Part shown: positions 9,764-20,300 of the stretch, piece by piece
Layout of the letters: every line of letters begins with the position of its first letter
Numbering within the stretch: position 1 is the first letter of the stretch
Assembly (NCBI GenBank): GCA_963827475.1
Contig: CAWHAZ010000004.1
Span: 128,001 to 192,000, forward strand
Direction of reading: 5' to 3'
Source of the DNA: an uncultured Chloroflexia bacterium
Lineage (GTDB): Bacteria; Chloroflexota; Limnocylindria; QHBO01
DNA: 64,000 nucleotides
Translations under genes and position numbers: made by a program
Notes under the pieces: model-generated
What the model was told of the DNA's origin: nothing
Databases searched by the model: none
What the model saw: the letters and a program-made list of their open reading frames with translations, nothing else

Positions 9764-10527
9764 CCAACCGTCAACCGACTCGGACAGGTGGTCCGCGCAG
9801 CGGAGCGCGCGGGATGGCCGACCTGCACCTCCACACCCTCTACTCCGACGGCACCGCCCGCCTGGCCGACCTGATGGGCTGGATCGAGCAGCGCACCGAG
9901 CTGGACCTGGTGGCCATCACCGACCACGACCGGATCGATGGGGCGCTCCGCGCGGTGGCGATGCACGACGCAGGCGACTACCACTTCGAGCTGGTCGTCG
10001 GGGAGGAGATCACCACCCGGCGCGGTCACGTCGTCGGCCTGTTCCTCAGCGACCCGATCCCGCCCTTCCGGTCGGTGGCCGAGACGGTGGAGCGCATCCA
10101 CGACCAGGGCGGGCTGGCGGTGGCCGCCCACCCGTTGGGGGTGTTCCTCTCCCTGGGCAGCGGCAGCCTGCGCCGGCTCCAGGCCGATCCACGCCCGGAA
10201 CGCCACCTGGACGCGGTCGAGATCATCAACCCCAGCCTCGGCGGCCGCCTGCGGCATCGCGCGCTCGAGGCGCTGAACGCCGACGAGCTCCACCTGCCGG
10301 GCCTTGGCTCATCGGATGCCCACGTCCTCGAGACGGTGGCCAGTGCCTGGACCTGGTTCCCCGGCTCGACCGCGGCCGAGTTTCGCGCCGCGCTCGCCTC
10401 GGGGTCGGTGGAGGCGGCCGGGAGCCACTGGAGCACCGGTCACAACGTGGCGGTCTACGGCCGTCAGTTGGTGGCCAAGGCCCAAAAGCTGCGCCATACT
10501 CTCCGCCCGTCCGGAGAGTGGCGATAA
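9760..10527 (+). CDS. PHP-domain metal-dependent phosphoesterase
   Basis: DLHLHTLYSDG, AITDHD, GEE, AAHP, SSDAH metal-ligand motifs. Confidence 0.9.
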   Translation: MTNRQPTRTGGPRSGARGMADLHLHTLYSDGTARLADLMGWIEQRTELDLVAITDHDRIDGALRAVAMHDAGDYHFELVVGEEITTRRGHVVGLFLSDPIPPFRSVAETVERIHDQGGLAVAAHPLGVFLSLGSGSLRRLQADPRPERHLDAVEIINPSLGGRLRHRALEALNADELHLPGLGSSDAHVLETVASAWTWFPGSTAAEFRAALASGSVEAAGSHWSTGHNVAVYGRQLVAKAQKLRHTLRPSGEWR

Positions 10528-10530
10528 ACC

Positions 10531-11722
10531 GTGATTGACGCCCCAGGGGCCGCGCGCCTCGACGTCCCCCTGGCATCCACCGGCCCGTCCGCGGCGCGTC
10601 CGCCGCTGAAGATCGGGATCGTGAGCCCGTACGGCTTCCCCCATCCGGGTGGCGTGAACGAGCACGTGCGCCACACCTACGAGGAGCTCCGCTCACTGGG
10701 CCACGACGCGTGGATCATCACCCCCAAGTACGGCAACGAGCGCGACAGCGAGGGCCACGTCATCCGGATCGGGACCGGATGGGCGGTGCCCAGCAACGGC
10801 AGCGTGGGTCGGCTGACCGTCGGCTGGCGGCTCCGACCCCGGCTTCGGGACCTGCTCGCCGCGCATCGGTTCGACGTCCTCCACTTCCACGAGCCGTTCG
10901 TCCCGTTCCTGGGACCGGCGGTGCTCAACACCTCGGACACGGTCAATGTCGCCACGTTCCACGCGTTCGGGGGGTTCTCGCCGTCGTACTGGCTCGGTCG
11001 CCGGGCCGCGGCCGGGCTGGCGGAGCGGCTCCACGGGCGGATCGCGGTCAGCGGCGCCGCTCGACACTTCATCTCGCGCTACTTTCCCGCGGATTACCGG
11101 ATCATCCCCAACGGGGTCGAGATCGAGCCCTTCGCCAGCGCCCAGCCGTTCGACGAGCTGCGTGATGGCACCCTGAACATCCTGTTCGTCGGCCGCCTCG
11201 AGGACCGCAAGGGCCTGTCCTACCTGCTCCGCGGCTACCACCGCCTCCGAAAGCGGCATGTCGACGCCCGGCTCATCGTGGTCGGCGCCGGCCCGCCGCC
11301 TGCGCGAGTACCGCCGATACGTAGCCACCCGCCGGATCCGCGACGTCGAGTTCGTGGGTCACGTCCCGCTCGAGGCCAAGCTCCGCTACTTCGCCAGCGC
11401 TGACGTGTTCTGCGCCCCGTCCACCGGCCAGGAGAGCTTCGGCATCGTCCTGCTGGAGGCGATGGCCGCCGGCCTGCCGATCGTGGCTTCGGACATCCAC
11501 GGCTACAAGAACGTCGTCTCCCGCGACGTCGAGGGCTACCTCGTCGAACCAAAGAACCCGCGCGCCATCGCCGCGGCCCTCTACAAGCTGGCCGGCGACC
11601 CCGAGCTCCGCCACCGAATGGGCGAGGCCGGGCGAGCCAAAGCGGCCGACTACTCGTGGGAGCGGGTCACCGAGCAGGTCGTCGCCTATTACCACGAGGT
11701 CCGCGACCGGATCCTCGTCTGA
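10531..11722 (+). CDS. pimA: GT4 glycosyltransferase, phosphatidyl-myo-inositol mannosyltransferase PimA-like; apparent +1 frameshift near 11294
   Basis: KIGIVSPY..PGGVNEHV, PSNGSV, DVLHFHEP, ATFH, GRLEDRKG, GQESFGIVLLEAMAAG across ORFs 10531 and 11258. Confidence 0.85.
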
Positions 11723-11762
11723 CCAGCTCCAGACCGATGCCGCCGCATCCGCGGCGGATGGC

Positions 11763-12782
11763 TCAGCCGTCGAACGGCTTGCGGTACGCCCGCTCCCGCA
11801 GGTGGACGACGAATCCGTTGTCGGTGTACACGCCCAGGGCGCCGGTCGGGTTGTCGGCGTCCACGAAGAGGACCGCATCGGTCATGCCCCGATCGCGGAA
11901 CGCGACCAGGCTCTGCGACACCAGCGCTCGCGCCAGGCCCCGCCCGCGCCAGGGCCGGCGGACGGACACGCCGGCCAGCAGCCCGCGACGGGCGCCCGTC
12001 TGCTCGTTGTACTCCCGCATCACCATGTTGTTGACCTGCCCGGCGACCTGGTCACCGTCCCACGCGACCCGCCACAGCTCCGGCGCGAAGTCCGGGCCGC
12101 TGAAGAACCGCTCGAACGCCTGGTCTGAGGCGTCCATCCCGCCCCAGTGGTCCACGAACGCCTCCGTGTCGGCCGCCCAGATGGCTCGGTGGTGCTCCGG
12201 CCGCACGGGCCGGACCTCCAAGCCCGCGGGCAGCGGGAACTCGGCGACGTCGTCCAGGTTGGGCCGGAGCATTTCGAAGAAGTAGCGGGCGATGCGGAAG
12301 CCCTCCGACTCGAGGAGGGCAATGGCCCCGACCTGCGTATCCGCACACCACGAGTCATACCGCCGCTCGGTTCCGGCCGGGATCTCCTGGCCGGAGGCGA
12401 TCTCGCGCAGCCGCCGCCGGTTGGCATGCAAAATCGCTCGGCCCAGCCCGCGCCGCCGCCACTCCGGATGGATCGCGCCCCACGTGAAGTAGTTGCGGCC
12501 CCCGTCGTTGTCATCGATCCAGTGGACCTTGCCGTAGGCGACCAGGTCGTCGTCCACCTCGGCCAGGAGCACGTCCTCCAGCGGGTTCCACGTGGACGCG
12601 TGGGCGTACCACTCCGCAAGGCCCGCCGCGTCGGACCGGTCGTGGATGTCGTCCGCCTCGTTTACCGCGTTGAACAGGCTGGCGATCGCCTCCAGGTCGT
12701 CGGGCAGGCGCATCCGCCGGAACGCGAGCCCCGGTATCGGGGGCGCCTCCGGCACGTCGACCCGCACCTCGGACATCGTCAT
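11763..12782 (-). CDS. Tandem GNAT acetyltransferase (two GNAT domains)
   Basis: HPEWRRRGLG and VRRPWRGRGLA acetyl-CoA motifs; VDADNPTGALGVY. Confidence 0.88.
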   Translation of the reverse strand: MTMSEVRVDVPEAPPIPGLAFRRMRLPDDLEAIASLFNAVNEADDIHDRSDAAGLAEWYAHASTWNPLEDVLLAEVDDDLVAYGKVHWIDDNDGGRNYFTWGAIHPEWRRRGLGRAILHANRRRLREIASGQEIPAGTERRYDSWCADTQVGAIALLESEGFRIARYFFEMLRPNLDDVAEFPLPAGLEVRPVRPEHHRAIWAADTEAFVDHWGGMDASDQAFERFFSGPDFAPELWRVAWDGDQVAGQVNNMVMREYNEQTGARRGLLAGVSVRRPWRGRGLARALVSQSLVAFRDRGMTDAVLFVDADNPTGALGVYTDNGFVVHLRERAYRKPFDG

Positions 12783-13786
12783 CGGTCCACCTCGAGAGGA
12801 CGGCGATAGGCGGTGAACTTCTGGGTCACGACGAAGCCGTTGTCGGTGTAGACCCCGAGCGCTCCGGTCTCGTTGTCCGCGTCCACGCCGAGGACACCCT
12901 CCTTCATGCCCCGCTCCTTGAGGACGACCAGGCTGCGGGCCACGAGGGCACGTGCCAGGCCACGGCGCCGCCACGGGCGGCGAGTGAACACCGAGTCCAG
13001 CCAGCCGTGCATGACGCCGAGCTTCTCGTTGGCCTCGTGGTAGATGGCGTTGATCGAGGCCCCCGCGATCTCGTCGCCGTCGAAGGCGACGACGTGGAGC
13101 GACGGGTCGAAGTCGGCGTCCTCGATCCACTTCTGGAATGCGGCTTCGGAGCTGTCGATTCCGCCCCAGTGGTCGAGGAACGCCTCGTTGTCGGCGACGA
13201 ACAGCCGACGGGCATCATCCAGGGTCACCGGCCGAACCTCGATCCCCTCGGGCAGCAGCGGCAGCTCGATCGGCTGGCTCAGGTCGCGGTTCATGGTGAA
13301 GAACCACCGCGCCGGGGCGTAGCCGTGCTGGGTGTACAGCGCATCCGCACCGGCATCGGCCGCCGCAGCCCAGCAGCCGGCCATCCTGGGCCGGTCGACG
13401 TCGTGGCTGGCCGTGAGCTCGTCGATCCGCTGCCGGGCGAACGCGAACAGGGTCGACCCCACCCGGCGGCGACGCCAGGTCGGATCCACCTCGCACCACG
13501 ATCGGTACTCCCGCAGGCCGTCGTTGGTGTCGATCCACTCGACCTTGCAGAAGCCGACCATGGTGCCGTCGACCTCCGCCACCCGCATGTCGGTTGCGGG
13601 GTCGGACTTTTCCTCGGGGCGCAACTCGAGGCCCATCTGCTGCTCGGTCATCCGCTCCTGGATCTGGTCCGCGGCGAAGGCCGCGTTCGCGATCCGGGTC
13701 AGCTCCGGAATGTCGGCGTCGCCCGCGAACGGGCGCAGCTGGATGCGCAGCGCCGCCGTGTCGGTCACATCGGTCACATCGGTCAT
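12779..13786 (-). CDS. Tandem GNAT acetyltransferase, paralog of the neighbour
   Basis: VDPTWRRRRVG, TRRPWRRRGLA, VDADNETGALGVY; shared AFxDHWGG. Confidence 0.88.
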   Translation of the reverse strand: MTDVTDVTDTAALRIQLRPFAGDADIPELTRIANAAFAADQIQERMTEQQMGLELRPEEKSDPATDMRVAEVDGTMVGFCKVEWIDTNDGLREYRSWCEVDPTWRRRRVGSTLFAFARQRIDELTASHDVDRPRMAGCWAAAADAGADALYTQHGYAPARWFFTMNRDLSQPIELPLLPEGIEVRPVTLDDARRLFVADNEAFLDHWGGIDSSEAAFQKWIEDADFDPSLHVVAFDGDEIAGASINAIYHEANEKLGVMHGWLDSVFTRRPWRRRGLARALVARSLVVLKERGMKEGVLGVDADNETGALGVYTDNGFVVTQKFTAYRRPLEVDR

Positions 13787-13787
13787 G

Positions 13788-14588
13788 TCAGCCCACCCTC
13801 TTCAACCGGCCGGTCCGCTTGGCGTACCGCTCGGCCCGCCCGAAGGCCCACAGGCCCAGGGGGATGAAGACCACGGCCATCACCAGCAGCGGCCACACGT
13901 CGTGGAGCAACTCGTCAAGGCCAACGCCGTCGATCAGCCCGGCCCGCACGCCGTCGAGGACGTAGGTCGCCGGCGAGAACTGGCTGATGAACTGCATCCA
14001 TTCGGGCAGGACCTCGATGCTGTAGTAGACCCCGCTCACGAGGAGAAGGACCGACTGCAGGACGAAGACCATCTGCGCCCCGCGCTCGACGTACATCAGC
14101 GGCAGGACCGATGCTGCGATCCCGATCCCGATGAAGCTGATCGTGCCCAGCAGGGTGAAGGCGACCACCGTCGCCCAGTTCGCCTGTGTCAGGTCGAGCT
14201 CGAAGAACAGGGCGAGCGCCAACAGGACGAACACGGTATGCACCAGCCCGAAGATCACCGCATAGAACGCCGCGCCGAGCAGCTGGGCATGGCGCCGGAT
14301 GGGCGCCATGAAGGTGTACTCCAGCGTGCCCTCCCAGCGCTCCCACTGGACCGCCTCGGCGATGAACTCGAACACGATCGCCAGGTAGCTCCAGAAGATC
14401 GTCCCGATGACCAGCACCAGGAGCAGGCGCTCGTCGCCCAGGCTCTCGCCGATCAGGGTCACGGCCAGGGCGCCGGCCACGGAGTAGACGAGCCAGGCGA
14501 CTTCCCAGCCCCAGTAGCGCTTGGTCAGGTTGAAGTTGCGCTCGACGAAGGCCATCGAGGCCTTCAGGTCGCGCGTCAGCATGGCCAT
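13788..14588 (-). CDS. ABC-2 type transporter permease
   Basis: WERWEGTLEY, SGVYYSIEVLPEWMQ, SPATYVLDGVR. Confidence 0.9.
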   Translation of the reverse strand: MAMLTRDLKASMAFVERNFNLTKRYWGWEVAWLVYSVAGALAVTLIGESLGDERLLLVLVIGTIFWSYLAIVFEFIAEAVQWERWEGTLEYTFMAPIRRHAQLLGAAFYAVIFGLVHTVFVLLALALFFELDLTQANWATVVAFTLLGTISFIGIGIAASVLPLMYVERGAQMVFVLQSVLLLVSGVYYSIEVLPEWMQFISQFSPATYVLDGVRAGLIDGVGLDELLHDVWPLLVMAVVFIPLGLWAFGRAERYAKRTGRLKRVG

Positions 14589-14592
14589 CGGT

Positions 14593-15519
14593 CTAGTCCT
14601 CCTCGTCCTCGGACTCGTCCTCGACGTCGTCGTCGAGCGAGCGACCGGTGAACGTCATGAACACGTTGTGCATCGTCGGCTCCTGCCCGTGATCGGTCGC
14701 GACGAGGGCCTTCAACCGCTCCGGGGTGTCCTCGGCCACGATCCGCCCTTCGTTCAGGATCCCGATCCGCCGGCAGAGGCGCTCGGCCTCGTCCATGTCG
14801 TGGGTCGTCAGCACGATCGTCGCGTCGTGGGTGTCGCGGAGCTGCTCGACGAAGCTCTGGACCTCGAGCTTGGAGCGGGGGTCCAGCCCGGTCGTTGGCT
14901 CGTCCATGAGCAGCAGGATCGGGCTGGTCAGCAGGGCGCGCGCAATGGCCACCTTCTGCTGCATGCCGCGGCTGAGCTGCTCGACCGGCCGTCCCAGGCG
15001 CTTCTCGGCAATCCCGAGCCGCGAAAGGATGCGAATGGACTCAGCTTTCGCCGCCTTCGCGTCCATGCCGTACAGGCGAGCGGCGTAGGCCAGGTTCTCG
15101 AACGGGCTGAGCTTCTTGAAGAAGGCCGCGTCGACGCTGACCCGGTTGATCATCCGCTTGACGGCCATCTCGTCGCGCTCGATGTCCTTGCCGAAGACCT
15201 CGACCCGGCCGGTGTCCAGCGTCAGCAGCGTCGAGAAGAGCCGAATGAGCGTGGACTTTCCGCTCCCGTTCGCGCCCAGCACGCCGTAGATCTCGCCGCG
15301 CTCGATGCGCAGCGAGACGTCGTTGATCGCCATCACCGGTCGCTTCTTGCGCCCGACCTGGAACCGCTTCGTGACGTGCTCGGCGAGCAGGGCCGGGATG
15401 ACCGGCTGGCGCTCGAGCTCGCGGGTGGGCTCGGGCACGACGACCTGCGGCTCCTCCACCGTGGCGGGGCGCTCGTCGGTCATCGTCTTCGACTGGGGTT
15501 CGAGTCCGGTCTGCATCAC
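14593..15519 (-). CDS. ABC transporter ATP-binding protein (DrrA-like exporter type)
   Basis: GANGSGKST, LSRGMQQK, LMDEPTTGLD, TTHDMDEA. Confidence 0.93.
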   Translation of the reverse strand: MMQTGLEPQSKTMTDERPATVEEPQVVVPEPTRELERQPVIPALLAEHVTKRFQVGRKKRPVMAINDVSLRIERGEIYGVLGANGSGKSTLIRLFSTLLTLDTGRVEVFGKDIERDEMAVKRMINRVSVDAAFFKKLSPFENLAYAARLYGMDAKAAKAESIRILSRLGIAEKRLGRPVEQLSRGMQQKVAIARALLTSPILLLMDEPTTGLDPRSKLEVQSFVEQLRDTHDATIVLTTHDMDEAERLCRRIGILNEGRIVAEDTPERLKALVATDHGQEPTMHNVFMTFTGRSLDDDVEDESEDEED

Positions 15520-15569
15520 AGGTTCCTGTCTGGGTACCGATGGTCTCTGTCGACCGATGCGGACCGGGC

Positions 15570-15605
15570 AACAAAAGAGCCGTGGTCCGGATCGGTCCCA
15601 CGGCT
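15570..15605 (-). terminator. Intrinsic terminator in the 5' leader of the ABC-GNAT operon
   Basis: Minus strand AGCCGTGG-(12 nt)-CCACGGCT followed by CTTTTGTT, about 50 nt before the ATPase start. Confidence 0.7.
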
Positions 15606-15634
15606 TGGGTCTGGTCGGCGGTTGCCCGCCGGAA

Positions 15635-15697
15635 TCAGCTGGTCGTGGGCATAGATCTCCCGTCGTTTCGCGGGTCGTTGAGCACGGTGCGAATCAT
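15635..15697 (-). CDS. Putative 20-aa leader peptide MIRTVLNDPRNDGRSMPTTS
   Basis: GAGGAG RBS upstream of ATG 15697; TGA 15635-15637; followed by hairpin and terminator. Confidence 0.55.
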   Translation of the reverse strand: MIRTVLNDPRNDGRSMPTTS

Positions 15698-15771
15698 GAG
15701 GAAACGGCTCCTCGTTGCGAACGGGAATGATGGCAGGTGGCGGCTACACCCGGCGCTGTGAACGCCCGCGG

Positions 15772-15802
15772 AGTCTACGGGCGCAGCGTCCCCGCGTGTC
15801 AA
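15772..15802 (-). promoter_or_regulatory. Putative promoter of the leader/ABC operon
   Basis: TTGACA (15802-15797) and TAGACT (15777-15772); 19-nt spacer is longer than ideal. Confidence 0.5.
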
Positions 15803-15905
15803 TCAAATCTGCTGATTGGCCCTGCGCGCCCTGCCGGATGGCTCTGGCTCGATGCGTCGGACCGATGCCAGAATGGGACTCAAGTCTCGGAGGGAGCCGG
15901 AATCC

Positions 15906-16875
15906 ATGAGACCCGTATCGCGCGGGGCCGTCTTCTGGGGCACCGCGCTCGTCACCGCCGGTGTCGTCGTGCTCGCCATCCAGCAGGGCTGGATCAGCCA
16001 GGACATCCTCAGCCAGGCGGTTCAATGGTGGCCGCTGTTCCTCATCGGCGCCGGGGTCGCGATCATCTTCGCCGGAGCCCTGGGCGTGGTCGCGACCGCC
16101 CTGGCCGGAGTGCTGCTCGGCCTCCTCGTCGGCGGCTTCATCGGCGGCGGAGCGACGCTCCCCACCTCGTGCGGCACCGGGGAGCCGGCCGCGCTCGAGG
16201 CCTACGAGGACGGGACACTCGCAAGCGGGGCGGAGGTGGACATCGACCTGAACTGCGTGACCCTCGAGGTCTCGGCCGGGGACGGCCAGGTCTTTACCGT
16301 CAGCGCCGACGAGGAGACGGCGAGCCAGCTCGACGTCTCCGCCGATCCCGATCGACTCGAGGTCTCGTCCGATGACACGGTCATCATCGGTTCCGACCAT
16401 CGCCTCCACGTCGGCGTGGTCGTGCCGGGTGACGAGGGCACCAGCCTGTCCAGCAGCCTCAACGCCGGCGACGCGACGTTCGACCTGGCCGATGGGCGGT
16501 GGGGCGAGATCAGCCTGTCGGGCAACGCGGTCGCCATCCGCGTCGACCTGTCGGGTGCCGAGGCGGACGGGGTTTCCGGGTCGATGAACGCGGGAGCGAT
16601 GGAGGTCGTGCTCGACGCGGACAGCGCTCCGGGCTCGATCAGCCTGAGCGGGAACGCGGCCTCGTTCGAGGTCTGCGCGTCGGACGAGATCGGCCTCGCA
16701 GATCACCGTCGGCGAGAACGTGGCCACCGGCCACAACCTCGAGGAGGCCGGGCTGAGCGAGGATGGTGGCGTGTGGCAGACGGCCGGCTACGACTCCGCG
16801 GACACGCAGATCGAGATCACGTTCAGTGGCAATGCCGCGTCCTTCAACCTCAACCCTGACGGAGGCTGCTCGTGA
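15906..16875 (+). CDS. Membrane protein with LiaF/DUF5668-like N-terminal helices and beta-rich extracellular domain; apparent +1 frameshift near 16700
   Basis: FWG..LV, WWPLFLIGAG, then repetitive beta-strand pattern (LNAGDATFDL, GNAVAIRVDL); +1 frame continues to TGA 16875. Confidence 0.65.
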
Positions 16876-17384
16876 ACCGGCCGCTGTACCGGTCCGTCGC
16901 CGACCGGAAGATCGGCGGCGTGGCGGCGGGGACGGCCGCCTACTTCGACATCGACCCGTCCATTTCCCGCGTCCTGTGGCTGCTGCTGGCGATCTTCACC
17001 GGCGGGATTTTCGTGATCGTGTACATCGTGATGTGGGCCATCGTGCCCGAGGAGCCATGGCAGCCAGCAGTGGCTGCACCGGCGGAGGCGGCGAGTGCTC
17101 CGGCAGCCGACAGCGCGGGGGAAGTCGATGGAGCCGACGCTTCGGCGACAGGTGATGAGACGACGGTCGCGCCAGCGGCGGCCAGCTCGACGTGGTCGCC
17201 GTCAGTCGAGGTCTCGAGGGGGCCGGGGCCCCATGTCATCTTCGGGGCCATCCTGATCGTCATCGGCGGCTGGTTCCTCGCCCAGCAGTTCCTCCCCTGG
17301 CTCAACTTCGGGACCCTCTGGCCCATCGGTCTGGTCGTCATCGGCGCGATCATCCTGGTCAGTGCCCTCCGCCGCGGGGGCTGA
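16872..17384 (+). CDS. PspC-domain membrane protein
   Basis: LYRSVADRKIGGVAAG.A.YFDIDP...YIVMWAIVPEE; C-terminal LWP TM pair. Confidence 0.9.
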   Translation: MNRPLYRSVADRKIGGVAAGTAAYFDIDPSISRVLWLLLAIFTGGIFVIVYIVMWAIVPEEPWQPAVAAPAEAASAPAADSAGEVDGADASATGDETTVAPAAASSTWSPSVEVSRGPGPHVIFGAILIVIGGWFLAQQFLPWLNFGTLWPIGLVVIGAIILVSALRRGG

Positions 17385-20300
17385 CCCACCGAAGCGCTCG
17401 GGCCAGCGGCTCTGGAGCAGGTCGCGGCCGAACGACGCGAACGAGGCGGCTCCGAGCGACACGAAGGTGGCCAGCGCCAGGACGAGCGGGTTGGAGCTGA
17501 TGAGCGGCGGCCGCTCCCCCTGGGGCGGGTTCGGGAACTGGAATGCGTAGTTCCACGGCGGGAGGGTCCGCGCCGCGTTGATGTACCAGTCCGGCATCGC
17601 CAGCGCGGAGTTCAGCGGGTAGATGAGCAGCCCGGTGATCGCGACCGCGACCAGGAACGCGATGCCGTAGTCGCGCAGGTACCGGTCGCGCAGGATCTCG
17701 TCGAGCACGTAGGCGATGGCCACGAACCCGAACAGCACCGCGGTCAGGTAGTGGTACTGGAAGGTCGCCCGCTCGACGCGCGCCCACGGCACGAACTGGA
17801 AGGCGAAGGCCGCCGCGACCAGCAGCAGCGCCCACGAGCGGCGGCGCCAGGCGAGGAGCAGGCAGGCGAAGACGGCCGGGACGCTGGCCCAGAACAGGGC
17901 CGGGTTGCCGCCGTTGTACGTCACCGCGACCCGGTTCAGGTCGAAGGAGTGGCTGTAGAACCAGACCGGCTTGAGGTCGAGCGGCCAGCTCCACCACGGC
18001 GAGGACGCGACGTGGCCGGCCTGCAGCCCGAAGTGGTAGCCGAACATCTGGGCGTGGAGCTCGTCGAGCGACCACCCGTAACCCACCCCGCCGTTCGGGA
18101 TGGCGATCGTGTGACCGATGTTCAGCCACGGGATGTAGGTCGCCACGTACACCGCGAGCGGGATGACCACCAGGCACGCGAAGATCCACGGCCAGGCGAA
18201 GCCGCCCATCTCCGAGGGCATGTACCACCGGGAATCTGACGCGGGGCGTCGGAGGCTGCGGACCGCGCGCAGCACGAGCAGGACGGCGGTGATGACCAGG
18301 GCGATGACGGCCGGCCACCACGCCTCGATCCCCCGGAACAGGATGCCGAAACCCAGCTCGACGAGGTTCCGCGGCTCGCGACAGCCGCCCTCCCCGCAGT
18401 CGAGGGTCTGGAAGCCGATGGCAAAGGCCAGCCCGATGGCGCCGACCACCAGCAGCGTCGCCGGCACAGCCCACAGCTCCGCCGGCTCGAGGCGAACCGG
18501 CTTGACCCAGGCCACGGCCACGGCCAGGGCCAGGGCCGCGATCATGATCACGAAGAACGGCCATGGGGCCTCGAAGCCGATGGCGAAGGTCGCGAAGCCG
18601 GTCGCGGCCACGACCAGGAATCGGCCGAGCTGCGAGCGCAGGAGGACGAGGAACCACAGGCCGATGAGCGCGTACCAGCCGACCCACTTCGATCCTGCGG
18701 CGAGGCCGATCATCACCCCGACAAGGGGCAGGATGAACCACGCGCTGCGTCGCCAGCGGCCACCCCAGATCGGCCAGAACAGGGCGTAGCCGGCCACGAT
18801 GAACACCGCGACGAAGATGTCGTTCATCGCGATCCGGCTCATGGCGAAGCTCATCAGGTCGATGGCCACGAACACGCCGGCGAGGATCGCGATCGATCGG
18901 CGATGGAACAGCAGGGCCGTCAGCAGGTAGACGAGCCCGGCCAGTAGGGCCCCGAAGACGGTGGCTGCGAAACGCCAGGCGAAGGCGTTCTGGCTGACGT
19001 CGATCCGGACCAGCTCGGGTGGGTCGGCCTCGGTGGCGACGATGAGCCGCCCATGATCATCGGACTGGGAGTAGTCGCTGATGTCGAAGCCCATGACCGT
19101 GGGCACTCCGCTGATCACGACCTGGTCATAGACCCCGAAGCCGGACCGGCCGTCGCCGTGCGGCTCGATGACCCACACCGCGCCTTCGCCGGCGACGTGG
19201 ACCAGGTTCGCGACCGAGTCCCAGCCGAGGGCGGTGGCCGGGCCGGGGAGCGGAATGGTGTCGTCGGGGGTGATCTCGCCGCCACGGAGGACGGTGATCC
19301 CGCCGGTGGTCGCGGGGTGCTCGTCGGTTTCGGCCAGCGGCCCAACCGGTACCCAGGTCAGCTGGCTGGTTCCGCGTCCGCTGGTCATCATCGGGCCCAG
19401 CGGCGTGGACGGCAGGGACTCGCTGCTCTCGGTGGCCAGGGTCGTGGCGTCCAGGGTCTGGACCGTGGCCGCATCGACGTCGAGGACGAGGACTCGCGCG
19501 GTCACCGGCGTGTCGCCACCCACCGCCACGACGTAGGAGATGGCGTCCGCGACGATCTCGCGGCGGACGAGCTCGACGCCGGTGACGCGCTCGAAGACGG
19601 CCACCTCGTCCGGCCCGCGGACGACCAGCACCGGCTCGTTGAGCGGGGCGACGATCTCTTGGACCCCGTCCATGCCGGTCCCGATCCCCACCCCCTCGGG
19701 AGGCGGGGCCCGCGGACCTTCGCGGGTCAGGAAAGCGGTGAGGTCAAACGTGGCGATCGTGCCGTCCGCGCGGAGCCCCACCAGCAGGCGGCGGGTGTCG
19801 GCATCGAACACGAGGGTCGTCACCCGGTCCGCGGCCTCCCAGTCGGCCAGGAGCACACCGCTGGCCGCGTCACGGGCCTCGATCCGTTCGCTCCCGTCGG
19901 AGGTGAACACGATCGAGGTCGGCCAGCCAAGTGAGGTGCGTTGCGGAGCCACCGCGAGAGACGTAGCCGTCGCGTCCAGCTCAATCGTGCCGTCGGGTCG
20001 GTTGGGGTCAGCCACCGCGATCCCGGCCGCGATCAGGTACTTCGCGAGCATCGGGTGCGTCCACTCGTACGGGTCGCGGTTCCAGCCCCACTGCCAGTCG
20101 GACAGGTAGTCGGCGGCCGTCCGAGCGTGATAGACCTCGTCGAAGATCATCTGCCGCGGCAGGTCCAGCCGCCACAGGCGGACCACCAGCGCCAACAGCA
20201 CGATTCCGACCACCAGCCCGAGGTCCAGCCAGTCGAGCCGTCGCGGCGGCGCACGCTCCGCCTCGCTGATCGGGTCCTGCCGCAGCCAGCGCCACCCGGC

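Noticed and set aside
11763-13786. Mycothiol pathway call (mshA/mshD) from ino1, GT4 and tandem GNATs
   Set aside because: The GT4 motifs match PimA rather than MshA, and no mshB or mshC is present in the window
13757-13786. Short repeats at a GNAT N-terminus (TDVTDVTD), the ino1 N-terminus and the jag linker as CRISPR or regulatory arrays
   Set aside because: In-frame low-complexity coding repeats without spacers
17202-17384. 183-bp convergent overlap of the GT-C fusion and pspC genes as a functional antisense system
   Set aside because: The overlapping GT-C tail is low-complexity acidic sequence consistent with stop-codon drift; no further evidence
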